A stretch of 27,299 nt of DNA from Clostridia bacterium. Lineage in GTDB: Bacteria > Bacillota > Clostridia > HGM11514. The stretch is from the NCBI GenBank assembly GCA_045586685.1, contig JAZNAU010000047.1, positions 1 through 27,299 of the forward strand. The letters run 5' to 3'. A model generated the notes under the pieces. That model did not search any database. It was not told the DNA's origin and saw only the letters and a program-made list of their open reading frames with translations. This document shows positions 9,890 through 19,648 of this stretch, piece after piece; position 1 is the first letter of the stretch, and the number at the start of each line of letters is the position of its first letter. The position numbers and the translations under genes are program-made.

Positions 9890-10747
9890 TATTTTTTGAA
9901 AAAAGGTTTTGGAATCTATCTTTGAAGGTCGTAAATATCGTTTTAATCGGTACAATCCTTGGGGATTATCAACAGAAATTTGATTGATTCCTTCATTACT
10001 GGTAAATGCGGCTAAAAAGCCCAGTTCCTTTAACACTTCCACCGACTCGGGACTGACAATCCCAAAAGGATAAGAAAAGGCTCGGGGCACATACCCTGTT
10101 TCCTCCTGAAATCTATCCTGTAATTTTTTTAAATCCTGTGACAACGCAAAGTAATACTGCCACAAGGTTTCTCCTTTTCCTTTACTGCTACCCTGACGGT
10201 CTGTGTTAAAACTGTGCATTCCGTAAGTGTGATTTTGCAATTCCATGGTACCATCCTTTATCATTTCACGGCAATGTTCCCAGGTAACATGGGAATAGTT
10301 TGGATTGACCTCTCCGGACTGGCTGTACTCATCCGTATATTGTCCAATGAGAAACAATACTCCCTTCATGTGATACTGTTTCAGCAAAGGATAAGCATAC
10401 AAAAAATTACTGTAATACCCGTCATCAAAGGTAAGCATTATGGGCTTTTTGGGGAGGGGGGTTCCTTCATATACAAAACGAATTACATCCTCTGCCGTTA
10501 CTGTTTCATATCCGTTTTCTTTTAAGTAAATCAAATCCTGTTCCAATTCCTCCGGACCAATGACATACCTTCCATGACGAGCAGAATCCTTTAAAATATG
10601 GTGATACATGAGAATGGGTAATGAAACTTGCTGTTGTTCGGAAAAGGCAGAGTGGGCAGGACGATACAACAAAATCCCGCCTGTAATAATCAAGGCTCCC
10701 ACCAGAAAAATTGCGATTGCGGATTGTAACTTGACGGTTAAGAACAT
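9884..10747 (-). CDS. polysaccharide deacetylase (NodB/CE4) with N-terminal membrane anchor
   Basis: LPILMYHH, LTFDDGY, QNHTYGMH, FSYPFG. Confidence 0.9.
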   Translation of the reverse strand: MFLTVKLQSAIAIFLVGALIITGGILLYRPAHSAFSEQQQVSLPILMYHHILKDSARHGRYVIGPEELEQDLIYLKENGYETVTAEDVIRFVYEGTPLPKKPIMLTFDDGYYSNFLYAYPLLKQYHMKGVLFLIGQYTDEYSQSGEVNPNYSHVTWEHCREMIKDGTMELQNHTYGMHSFNTDRQGSSKGKGETLWQYYFALSQDLKKLQDRFQEETGYVPRAFSYPFGIVSPESVEVLKELGFLAAFTSNEGINQISVDNPQGLYRLKRYLRPSKIDSKTFFQKIQ

Positions 10748-10758
10748 GAAAATCCCTC

Positions 10759-11766
10759 CTATTTATCGTTAACAATCAAAACCTCTTCCTTGTTTTTTAA
10801 TTCCTTCCCTTCTAAAGAAGGTTCCCAAAAAGGGACGGACCTAAAATAATCCAGAGAGCCTGAATCCTGATAGACCTCTGAACGGGTTTGTTTTAAAAAT
10901 TTGGTAATCTGATAACAGTCAATCCAGATTTCGCTGACTGCCTCCTTTTGAGATTCGTCAAAAATCAGCTGTATCCCCCAATGAAGATGAGGAACATTGA
11001 TATTATTTACATTTTCCTTACTGCTGTAGCCCGTCATACCAAGGTAGCCAATCACCTCTCCTGCTGTGACAACATCCCCCTCCTTTAATTGATAATGGTA
11101 GGGGTGATTCTTTCTCATGTGAGCATAATAATAATACCGTTTTTGGTCAAAACTGCGGATTCCAATTCTCCAGCCGCCGTACTGATTCCAGCCCAACGCC
11201 TCCACAACACCGCTTTCTACTGCTACAATAGGAGTCCCGATACTCCCTAACAGGTCATGTCCCAGATGCTTTCGGTCAAAGCCGTAATTTCTTCCTGCTC
11301 CAAAATCGTCATAATGGGAAAAATGATATCCTGAGGCAATGGGACAAAAAGCTTTAATCCCAAATTTTTCTTCTCCATTTAAGGTGTAGTCTCCCAAAAA
11401 TTCCCCAAGCACTGCAGAATAGGCTTCATAATAATAATCATAATACTTGGTTAATTCCTCCCCCGTCTGGTCTCTCGGGGCGATTCCCTCCAAGGCCTTT
11501 TGAGCAATGTTATCCAAGTCTTCCTGTTCATATTTTTTAAAATTGCCTCCATAAAGCACCGCCGCTCTCGCTAGCAAAGCAATCCAGTCCAATTCTCGAT
11601 TTTTAATTTCCCAGTCTGCCGCACACTGCATTGCCTCTGCCGTTACGGTAAAATCCACCCAGTTAATCGTATCTCCCGCCACCGCACAGTCTGTTTTCTG
11701 ATACCAGACAAATATTCCTACACCTGCCGCAACCACCAAAAGCAATCCTAAAAATGTCTTTTTCAT
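10759..11766 (-). CDS. M23 metallopeptidase with N-terminal signal/anchor
   Basis: HLGHD (HxxxD), YYYYAHM, PHLH (HxH); ATG 11766 preferred over GTG 11775 because of the upstream GAGGTGAAAGGA RBS. Confidence 0.88.
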   Translation of the reverse strand: MKKTFLGLLLVVAAGVGIFVWYQKTDCAVAGDTINWVDFTVTAEAMQCAADWEIKNRELDWIALLARAAVLYGGNFKKYEQEDLDNIAQKALEGIAPRDQTGEELTKYYDYYYEAYSAVLGEFLGDYTLNGEEKFGIKAFCPIASGYHFSHYDDFGAGRNYGFDRKHLGHDLLGSIGTPIVAVESGVVEALGWNQYGGWRIGIRSFDQKRYYYYAHMRKNHPYHYQLKEGDVVTAGEVIGYLGMTGYSSKENVNNINVPHLHWGIQLIFDESQKEAVSEIWIDCYQITKFLKQTRSEVYQDSGSLDYFRSVPFWEPSLEGKELKNKEEVLIVNDK

Positions 11767-11783
11767 TCCTTTCACCTCTTTGC

Positions 11784-11813
11784 AATATATGTAATATGGA
11801 AAATTTTTAAAAC
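11784..11813 (-). promoter_or_regulatory. candidate sigmaE-like promoter for the M23-deacetylase operon
   Basis: Minus strand GTTTTAAA-14 nt-CATATATT, resembling the sigmaE -10 CATAcanT. Confidence 0.35.
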
Positions 11814-11881
11814 TTATTTTTAAATACCCCTTTTTTTTTTGAAAATATAGGATATAATAGAAGGAAGGGGGGATTGTAGCG

Positions 11882-14356
11882 ATGAAAAAAATTATGTTAC
11901 TGGATGCAAACAGCTTATTAAACCGTGCGTTTTACGGAATTCGGATGCTGACCAACAGTCAGGGTCAGCCTACCAATGCCATTTACGGTTTTTTCAATAT
12001 GCTGTTAAAATATATAGGTCAGGAAAATCCTGACGGAATTTGTGCCGCTTTTGATTTGAAAGCCCCCACCTTTCGCCATCAATTCTCAGAGCAATATAAG
12101 GCACAGAGAAAGGGAATGCCGGACGAGCTGGCATTGCAATTAGAACCCACCAAGGAAATTTTAAAAGCAATGGGAATTCCCGTTTTGTCCTTGGAAGGGT
12201 ATGAGGCGGACGATATTATCGGTACGGTTTCTTTAAAGTGCGAGCAAGAAAAGGTTTCCTGTGTCATTATATCGGGAGATAAGGACGATTTACAGTTGGT
12301 GGGGGAATATACAACTGTAAAGCTGATTCGCACTGCCATGGGTAAAACCACAGAAGAAGATATTACCCCCAAAAAAATGAATGAAATTTACGGAATGACC
12401 CCCAAGCAATTTATTGATTTAAAAGCCATCATGGGGGATGCCTCTGATAATATTTCAGGCGTTGCAGGAATTGGTGAAAAAGGTGCTACGACCCTAATTC
12501 ACACATTTGGTTCTCTGGAAGCCATTTATGAACAACTGGATCACCCTTCCATTACTCCAAAAATGAAAGTAAAATTAGAGGAAGGAAAGCAATCCGCTTT
12601 TGACAGCCGTTACCTTGCCACCATTGACCGTTTTGTGCCTTTGGAATTTTCTCTGGAGGATTTTTGTAACCGCCAAACTCAATCAGAAGTATTACGGGAA
12701 TTGCTGACAAATTTAGAATTGGACAGTATTATTAACCGACTTGGATTAGAAGAAACCAAGGAAGAACAGCCAATGACGGAAGTTTCCCGCTTAAAATCGG
12801 GACAATATGCTTACCTGTTACGGAATGAAACCTTGGAATTTTCAGACGGTACTCACCGTTTTTCCTGTCCCGCCCATTTGCAAAAAGAATTTTTTGAACG
12901 AACGGACATTGAAAAATGGGGATATGATATTAAAGCTGATTTGATTGCTTTGAAAAGCAAGGGAATTGCTCCAAACAGTATTACCTTTGATGCGATGCTG
13001 GGGGCATATGTGATTAACCAGGCAGATTTGCCTCTGTCCATAGAAAAAGTCATTTCACGATACGGCTCAGGAAAATCCGAATCCGTAGGTCTTGCAGAAG
13101 CAAAACACGAACTGACCAAGCTTTTAGAAGAGCACGGACAAAAAAGTTTATATGACGAAATGGAGTTGCCTCTTGCCTTTGTTTTGGCTGATATGGAGGA
13201 AAAGGGCGTTTATGTTGACAAAGAGCGTTTGTCCCAATTATCAGAAGAGTATGGGGTTGCTTTGCAACAGTTAGAACAACAGATTTATCAATCTGCCGGT
13301 ATGGAATTTAACATCAATTCCACTAAACAGCTGGCACAAGTTCTGTTTGAACACTTAAAGCTTCCTGTATACAAAAAAAACAAAACCGGCCCTTCTACCA
13401 ATGCAGAAACTTTGGAACGGCTATATGACCGTCATCCGGTGATTCCCTTACTGCTACAGTACCGTCAGATTGCAAAGCTGAAATCCACATATCTTGACGG
13501 AATGATTCCCCTTGTGGCAGAGGACGGGAGACTGCACACCAATTATAATCAGGCGGTAACCCAAACAGGGAGATTAAGTAGTAGCGAACCCAATTTGCAA
13601 AATTTGCCCATTCGTCAGGAACAGGGAAGGGAGCTTAGAAAACTCTTTACCGCACCGGAGGGAAAAGTACTGTTAGATGCGGACTATTCTCAGATTGAAC
13701 TGCGGATTTTGGCACACATGGCAAAGGACGGTGCCATGACCCAAGCCTTTTTAGAGGGAGAGGACATTCACACCCAAACGGCTGCCGCCATTTTCGGATT
13801 GCCCGCAGAAATGGTTACCCCGCAAATCAGAAGCTATGCCAAGGCGGTAAATTTTGGAATTGTATATGGTATCAGTGATTTTAGTCTGTCCCGTAATATT
13901 GGCGTTACCAAAAAGGAAGCGGCAGAATTTATTAACCGTTATAAATCCACCTATCACGGCATCACAGAATTTATGGACGTAACAATAGAATTTGCCAAAG
14001 AGCATGGGTTTGTGGAAACCGCCTTTGGGAGACGGCGATATATTCCTGAAATCATGGCAGGAAATTTTGTCACCCGTTCTTTTGGAGAACGCGCCGCCAT
14101 GAACGCTCCCATTCAGGGAACTGCGGCAGATATTATGAAGCTTGCCATGGTGCGGGTCGCAAAAAAATTAAAAGAAGGACATTTTAAAGCCTTTATTACT
14201 ATGCAGATTCACGACGAACTGGTGCTGGAGGTACCGGAATCGGAAGTGGAACCGGTCAGCCGGATTTTACAAGAGGAAATGGAAGGAGCGGTTTCCTTCT
14301 CCCTGCCTCTTACGGTAGAAATGAAATGGGGAAACAGCTTATTTGAAACAAAGTAG
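11882..14356 (+). CDS. polA: DNA polymerase I
   Basis: 5'-3' exonuclease (LLDANSL, YEADD, SGDKD, GIGEKGA); polymerase motifs DYSQIELR, KAVNFGIVYG, QIHDEL. Confidence 0.97.
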   Translation: MKKIMLLDANSLLNRAFYGIRMLTNSQGQPTNAIYGFFNMLLKYIGQENPDGICAAFDLKAPTFRHQFSEQYKAQRKGMPDELALQLEPTKEILKAMGIPVLSLEGYEADDIIGTVSLKCEQEKVSCVIISGDKDDLQLVGEYTTVKLIRTAMGKTTEEDITPKKMNEIYGMTPKQFIDLKAIMGDASDNISGVAGIGEKGATTLIHTFGSLEAIYEQLDHPSITPKMKVKLEEGKQSAFDSRYLATIDRFVPLEFSLEDFCNRQTQSEVLRELLTNLELDSIINRLGLEETKEEQPMTEVSRLKSGQYAYLLRNETLEFSDGTHRFSCPAHLQKEFFERTDIEKWGYDIKADLIALKSKGIAPNSITFDAMLGAYVINQADLPLSIEKVISRYGSGKSESVGLAEAKHELTKLLEEHGQKSLYDEMELPLAFVLADMEEKGVYVDKERLSQLSEEYGVALQQLEQQIYQSAGMEFNINSTKQLAQVLFEHLKLPVYKKNKTGPSTNAETLERLYDRHPVIPLLLQYRQIAKLKSTYLDGMIPLVAEDGRLHTNYNQAVTQTGRLSSSEPNLQNLPIRQEQGRELRKLFTAPEGKVLLDADYSQIELRILAHMAKDGAMTQAFLEGEDIHTQTAAAIFGLPAEMVTPQIRSYAKAVNFGIVYGISDFSLSRNIGVTKKEAAEFINRYKSTYHGITEFMDVTIEFAKEHGFVETAFGRRRYIPEIMAGNFVTRSFGERAAMNAPIQGTAADIMKLAMVRVAKKLKEGHFKAFITMQIHDELVLEVPESEVEPVSRILQEEMEGAVSFSLPLTVEMKWGNSLFETK

Positions 14357-14365
14357 GTGATACCA

Positions 14366-14941
14366 ATGAAAATTATCGGACTTTGCGGAGGAAGCGGAAG
14401 CGGAAAATCCACTATTGCCGACTGTCTTGCTAAAATGGGGGCAGAGGTGATAGATGCTGACAAAATTGCCCGCTCTCTCACCGAAACAGACACCCCTGTT
14501 TTAGAGAACATCCGCACCGCCTTTGGAGAGGGGGTATTTACCTCCCACGGGAAGTTAAACCGAGGTGCCTTGGCAAGCATTGTGTTTTCCCACCCCGCGG
14601 AGCTGAAAAAATTAAACGAAATCATTCATCCCGAAATTTCAAAACAAATTCAAAAACGGCTAAACAACTGCCAAACAACAGCCATTATAGACGCAGCAGT
14701 ACTTCATCAGGCTGGTCTTGATACACTGTGCGATAAAAGGGTATTTGTGACCGCACCCAAAGAAATCCGTGTGGAGCGAATTATGAAAAGGGACGGCATT
14801 TCAAAAGAGGCGGCAGAAAACAGAATCAATGCCCAGCCTACCGACCAAGAATATGAAACTGTAACGGATGTGACCGTTTTTAATGACGGAACAAAAACAA
14901 TCCGCGAAATAGCAGAAACGATTTTACAAGGAGTGATGTAA
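14366..14941 (+). CDS. coaE: dephospho-CoA kinase
   Basis: GLCGGSGSGKST P-loop, IDADKIA, LNRGALASIVF; ATG 14366 after AGGTGA RBS; follows polA. Confidence 0.93.
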   Translation: MKIIGLCGGSGSGKSTIADCLAKMGAEVIDADKIARSLTETDTPVLENIRTAFGEGVFTSHGKLNRGALASIVFSHPAELKKLNEIIHPEISKQIQKRLNNCQTTAIIDAAVLHQAGLDTLCDKRVFVTAPKEIRVERIMKRDGISKEAAENRINAQPTDQEYETVTDVTVFNDGTKTIREIAETILQGVM

Positions 14942-14942
14942 T

Positions 14943-16331
14943 ATGACAACCAAAGAATTAGAGGATAAAGTATTGTATCAAAGAGACAATGTATATGACA
15001 CCGCATTTCGGGACAAGAAAAAGGAAATCTTTGATTTTTCCGAAGACTACAAGGCATTTTTGGACAGCTCAAAAACAGAACGCTTGAGCGTGCTTACCGC
15101 CGTAAAGCTTGCAGAAAAAGCAGGGTTTTCCCTTTTGGAGAAAACATCTGAATTAAAGGCGGGAGATAAAGTTTACACATTAAATCGCGGAAAAGGAATT
15201 TTGCTGGCGGTAATAGGAGAAGAATCCTTAAACGAGGGAGTCAATCTGGTTGCGGCTCACATTGACGCACCCCGTCTGGACTTAAAGCCTAATCCTTTGT
15301 ATGAGGATATGTCCTTGGCACTGTTTAAAACCCATTATTACGGCGGTATCAAAAAATATCAATGGCCCACCATTCCTCTGGCTTTATACGGTGTTGTTTA
15401 TCTGGCAGACGGAACAAAAATAGATATTTCTATTGGAGACAAGCCCCAAGACCCTGTGTTTTACATTACCGATCTGCTTCCTCATCTGGCAACCGAGCAA
15501 ATGGGAAAAAAGATGGCACAAGGAATTACAGGAGAAAGTCTGAATCTTTTAGTGGGCAGTATTCCTTATGAAGACAAAGAGGCCAAGGAACGGGTCAAGC
15601 TGAATGTATTAAATATTCTGAACGAATCCTACGGCATTTGCGAAAAGGATTTCATCAGCGCAGAATTAGAAGTAGTTCCTGCGTATCCCGCAAGAGATGT
15701 GGGCTTTGACAGAAGTATGATTGCGGCTTACGGTCATGATGACAGGGTGTGCAGTTTCACCGGTCTTCGAGCCATCTGCGACTGTAAAAACCCAAAAAAG
15801 ACTGCGGTTTGTATGCTGGTAGATAAAGAAGAAATCGGAAGTATGGGAAATACCGGAATGCAATCCCGTTTCTTTGAGCATATTTTAGGAGAAATGTGTG
15901 ATAAAACAGGAGCATCTTTACGTCTTTGCATTACCCATAGTACCTGTCTTTCCGCAGACGTGGGAGCGGCAAACGACCCCACTTATCCAACTGTTCAGGA
16001 AAAAAACAATGCGGCAGTATTAAACGGCGGTATTATGCTTGCAAAATACACAGGTTCCCGCGGAAAAAGCGGTTCTTCCGATGCTTCTGCGGAGTTGGTC
16101 AGCAAAATCCGCAGATTGTTTGACAATCATGGGATTGTATGGCAGATTGCAGAGCTGGGAAAGGTGGACGAAGGTGGCGGCGGAACCGTTGCACAGTTCG
16201 TTGCAAACTTAGATATTGACACCATTGACTGCGGTGTTCCCCTCCTTTCCATGCATGCACCCTATGAGATTGCCGCAAAGGCTGATATCTACATGGCATA
16301 TCTTGCATACAAAGCATTTTTGGAAGAGTAA
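14943..16331 (+). CDS. M18 family aminopeptidase
   Basis: AHIDAPRLDLKP, GHDDRVC, DKEEIGS, LSADV, SMHAPYE. Confidence 0.9.
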   Translation: MTTKELEDKVLYQRDNVYDTAFRDKKKEIFDFSEDYKAFLDSSKTERLSVLTAVKLAEKAGFSLLEKTSELKAGDKVYTLNRGKGILLAVIGEESLNEGVNLVAAHIDAPRLDLKPNPLYEDMSLALFKTHYYGGIKKYQWPTIPLALYGVVYLADGTKIDISIGDKPQDPVFYITDLLPHLATEQMGKKMAQGITGESLNLLVGSIPYEDKEAKERVKLNVLNILNESYGICEKDFISAELEVVPAYPARDVGFDRSMIAAYGHDDRVCSFTGLRAICDCKNPKKTAVCMLVDKEEIGSMGNTGMQSRFFEHILGEMCDKTGASLRLCITHSTCLSADVGAANDPTYPTVQEKNNAAVLNGGIMLAKYTGSRGKSGSSDASAELVSKIRRLFDNHGIVWQIAELGKVDEGGGGTVAQFVANLDIDTIDCGVPLLSMHAPYEIAAKADIYMAYLAYKAFLEE

Positions 16332-16350
16332 ACGACTCATAGCAAAGAAA

Positions 16351-16394
16351 GGGGCAACAGCAAAATCATTTTGCTGCTGCCCCCCTTTTTTTTT
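16351..16394. terminator. intrinsic terminator between convergent genes
   Basis: GGGGCA-A-CAGCAAAA-TCA-TTTTGCTG-C-TGCCCC hairpin followed by a long T run. Confidence 0.85.
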
Positions 16395-16421
16395 CTTATT
16401 CTTTTTTTGTTTGGGTTTTCA

Positions 16422-17351
16422 TTACTTTACGTATTTTCCCACCAGTGCATCCATTGCTTCCTCGTCTCTGGGATCAGGAGCGGGAACGTCATGATATAAA
16501 GACCAATACTCGGTATGTTCAATACAATCTCCGGGAGCCACTTTTTTCAACGGGCTGATGGATTCCATTTCCAGCATCAGACTGTTGGTAAATGTTTCAA
16601 AAGACATTCCTCCGTCCGGATATGTTACCCCTTGGTGGAGCTCAAATTGTTTCACAAACAAATCCCCGTTTAAGCAATAAGCCGCAAATCCATGCTCGCT
16701 GTTAATGCCGAATTTAATGGGACCGTCTGCATCAGGATGCTGTTGAAGGGAGATATACTTGTCTCCCCAGTAAACCCGTTTGTCTGTCATATGGGTATAC
16801 GGCCACAAGGCAAGCACACGATTTCCCAAAAGCACCGTATCCTTTTGAGGCTGGGGTACAATTTCCAATCCGCCCCGTGCCAAAACAGTCATTGCCCATG
16901 CGGAAAACTCGATATCCCATGCACCTATATTGACAATTTTGTGCTTTACGGTTACCTTCCCGCTTTGAGGGCACATGGTAATTTCCATCTGCTCCTGAAG
17001 CTGTGTCCACTTCTGGGGGGGAGGGGTCAGCAAAACACCATTTTCAATTTCCTCCCAAGCAACAGGCTCATTATCCGGATAGTAAGAACGGGGTCTTGCC
17101 TCGGGGCTGGTCCATAATCTATGTCCCCCGCGAATATACCACACCGCATCCTTACCGTACACCTGATCGAAATCTTCACCGGATGCAGAGGATTCTACTT
17201 TCGTATCTTCACAAAATAGATTCTGACCGCCAATCCAACCGAACCGAATTACGCGGGGACCAAAATCCAACGTAATAAAAAGTTCTATTTTGTCGTTGTA
17301 AAGACGCAGACAATTTCCCCAACTACCGTAAGTTGTTTGTTCCAAGCTCAT
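16422..17351 (-). CDS. conserved hypothetical protein, galactose-mutarotase-like (DUF4380-like)
   Basis: ITLDFGPRVIRFG, GGHRLWTSPE, YYPDN, LEMESISP; AAGGAG RBS; family recognised from memory. Confidence 0.6.
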   Translation of the reverse strand: MSLEQTTYGSWGNCLRLYNDKIELFITLDFGPRVIRFGWIGGQNLFCEDTKVESSASGEDFDQVYGKDAVWYIRGGHRLWTSPEARPRSYYPDNEPVAWEEIENGVLLTPPPQKWTQLQEQMEITMCPQSGKVTVKHKIVNIGAWDIEFSAWAMTVLARGGLEIVPQPQKDTVLLGNRVLALWPYTHMTDKRVYWGDKYISLQQHPDADGPIKFGINSEHGFAAYCLNGDLFVKQFELHQGVTYPDGGMSFETFTNSLMLEMESISPLKKVAPGDCIEHTEYWSLYHDVPAPDPRDEEAMDALVGKYVK

Positions 17352-17370
17352 TGATCTTTCTCCTTATTTT

Positions 17371-17904
17371 CTATTCTTCTTTTTTTGTATTCATTAAGCC
17401 GTAGCCCCCGTCTTTACGACGGTACACCAAATCGGTTTCCTGGGTTTGGGCATTTTGAAACAGGAAGAAGGTATGCCCCAGCAAATTCATTTGAAGAATT
17501 GCTTCCTCCACGCTCATTGGCTTAATCTGTACCGACTTGGTACGGACTATATGAAATTCATTTTCTTCTTCCTCTTCAGCAACATCCTCCTGCAAGAAAA
17601 TGACACCTGTACGCAGTTGTTTTTCCAGTCTGGTTTTGTTTTTGCGGAGCTGACGTTCCAGCACCTCTTCCACTCTGTCAATACAGGGGAGAATTTCCTC
17701 ACCGCTTGCCTCACCTCTGAAAATCATACCGCCGTGAGAAATGGTAGCCTCTACAATAACCAGTTTTCCTTTATGAGGACGGACTGTGATGTGACAAATC
17801 ACATCTTCTGGAAAAAACCGATTCAGCTTTTCCATCTTTTGTTCTGCTTTGTCCCGGACTGCATCCGAAATCTCCATTCTTCTGCCTGCCATAATTAACT
17901 TCAT
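17371..17904 (-). CDS. hpf: long ribosome hibernation promoting factor
   Basis: RaiA-like N-domain (LERQLRKNKTRL) and long-HPF C-domain (KPMSVEEAILQMNLLGHTFFLF, VYRRKDGGYG). Confidence 0.95.
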   Translation of the reverse strand: MKLIMAGRRMEISDAVRDKAEQKMEKLNRFFPEDVICHITVRPHKGKLVIVEATISHGGMIFRGEASGEEILPCIDRVEEVLERQLRKNKTRLEKQLRTGVIFLQEDVAEEEEENEFHIVRTKSVQIKPMSVEEAILQMNLLGHTFFLFQNAQTQETDLVYRRKDGGYGLMNTKKEE

Positions 17905-17962
17905 TCAGATCACTCCTTGGTACATGAATTTTTGGAAACAAGGAAATTGCTTCCTTATGTTT

Positions 17963-17991
17963 ATTATACCCTACTTTTTCCAAAAATTCAA
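17963..17991 (-). promoter_or_regulatory. sigmaA promoter of hpf
   Basis: Minus strand TTGAAT-17 nt-TATAAT. Confidence 0.7.
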
Positions 17992-18019
17992 TACATTTTT
18001 ACATAAAATTGTACAAATT

Positions 18020-19648
18020 TTATACAAAGTACCATTGGGGGAACCAACAAAGCCAATTTTGAACATACTCTATGGGCACTTCCAAACCGCTAAGGACGGG
18101 ATAAAACATGATAAATAATAGTCCTGCAACACCCGTCACCCCCCAGATGAGAGGTTGTTTTGCTTTAGGGTATTTGTCCCAAGCCGTTATACAAAGATAC
18201 AGAATGGACAAAATCAAAAAGGGTGTACAGTTAAAATAATGATAGATAAACACAATTCTGCTGACCAGCACCCAGGGAAGAAGCTGTGCCAGATAACTTA
18301 AGACTATCAGCCAAACAGTCTTGTCCTTTTTGCGAACACCTAAAACTGCGGAGGCAATCAATGCAAGCAAACCGCCCCACCAAATCAAGGGGTTCCCAAA
18401 CGTGGCAAGGGTGCTGATTCCTCCTGTCATGGTTTGCTGACGGTAAAAAACCATAGGCTTTACCATGACCAGCCATTCATACCAAGGGGAAGAATAGGCG
18501 TGCTCTGCCACAAGCTTACTGTGATAATTGTACATATCAAACTGATTGTTCCACACAGTCTGCCAGCTTTGTCCCTCACATTTCGTCCATGGCACATAAG
18601 ACAGGGCATAAATGAAAACGGGAATCAACACAAAGAAAATGACACAAAAACCACACCGCTTTAGGGCCATTCTTTTAAAATTTTCTTCCTTGAAATTTCT
18701 AAACAAATCAACAAAAAACAACACCGCCAGACCCGCCCCTGCATACAGACAAGTCCATTTAGATGCAACACCCAGCCCAAAAGCAATCCCGCAAAGTCCT
18801 AAAGCACGGAAACGATGGGTTTGAAGATATTCCGTCATGAACAAGGTCATGAGCAGAATGAAGAAGAGGGCATAGGTGTCAATGGTCGCAATTCTGGTCT
18901 GAGCAAAATGCATAAAATCAAGGGCAAATAAGCCACACCCAAGCACCGCCGCCGTTCCGTTTTTTAAAAGACGTTTGCAAAGCAGATAAAACAGAGGCAG
19001 CATGATACAGCCAAACAAGGTTCCTACAAACCGCCAGCCAAAGGGAGTCATACCAAACAAGAAAATTCCCATAGAAATCATCACCTTCCCCAAGGGCGGA
19101 TGCGTGTTTTCATAAGGATTCATTCTGTGAATGAACTCGTAAGCGGTACGGGCATGATAAATTTCATCAAAATAAGAACTGTTTTGATAAGAGGGCTCAT
19201 ATACCGCCAGCTCTTGTTCATCTGTAATCAGCTCCCAGACAGCGTTTTCGGGAATGGGAATCAGGTTGCCGTTTTCATCATATAATGCCAGCTCTCCAAT
19301 TCTTCCAGGCAAATCCAAAACACGAATAAACAAAAATCTTCCCGAAAGATTGGTGTCCACCGAGTGCCAGCTAAAACAATAAGGCTCTTCAAAACGGGTA
19401 ATCTTTTCCTGTTGACCCGTAACCTCCTTTGCCATATAAAATTCGTAATTAGCATGAGAAATACCGGTATAAACCGACATGCGGGACAGCTCATATTCCT
19501 GACCCAAATCAATCCACATCACCGTACCTGAGGGAGTATTCCAAAAGGTCTGGGGAGCATGAGTATCTCCCAAATGAAAAAAAGCGGTAATAGAATAAAT
19601 TAGCGTAATCAATGCCACCAAAATCAATTCTTTTTTGTTCTGTTTCAC
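18020..19648 (-). CDS. PMT/GT39-like lipid-phosphate-sugar-dependent glycosyltransferase with N-terminal extracellular (discoidin-like) domain
   Basis: YFDEIYH and HPPLGK motifs; multi-TM; C-terminal HAYSSPWYEW, GNPLIWWGG, RIVFIYHY; GTG start overlaps the upstream TGA. Confidence 0.85.
   Translation of the reverse strand: MKQNKKELILVALITLIYSITAFFHLGDTHAPQTFWNTPSGTVMWIDLGQEYELSRMSVYTGISHANYEFYMAKEVTGQQEKITRFEEPYCFSWHSVDTNLSGRFLFIRVLDLPGRIGELALYDENGNLIPIPENAVWELITDEQELAVYEPSYQNSSYFDEIYHARTAYEFIHRMNPYENTHPPLGKVMISMGIFLFGMTPFGWRFVGTLFGCIMLPLFYLLCKRLLKNGTAAVLGCGLFALDFMHFAQTRIATIDTYALFFILLMTLFMTEYLQTHRFRALGLCGIAFGLGVASKWTCLYAGAGLAVLFFVDLFRNFKEENFKRMALKRCGFCVIFFVLIPVFIYALSYVPWTKCEGQSWQTVWNNQFDMYNYHSKLVAEHAYSSPWYEWLVMVKPMVFYRQQTMTGGISTLATFGNPLIWWGGLLALIASAVLGVRKKDKTVWLIVLSYLAQLLPWVLVSRIVFIYHYFNCTPFLILSILYLCITAWDKYPKAKQPLIWGVTGVAGLLFIMFYPVLSGLEVPIEYVQNWLCWFPQWYFV

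Noticed and set aside
9494-9925. ORFs 9494-9712 (-) and 9701-9925 (+)
   Set aside because: They translate the repeat itself, lack a convincing RBS and cross a terminator
11831-11840. T10 tract upstream of polA as a phase-variation switch
   Set aside because: AT-rich intergenic DNA before a housekeeping gene; no evidence of length variation from one sequence
12780-13150. Short, degenerate 3'-5' exonuclease region of PolA
   Set aside because: An inactive proofreading domain is normal for firmicute Pol I
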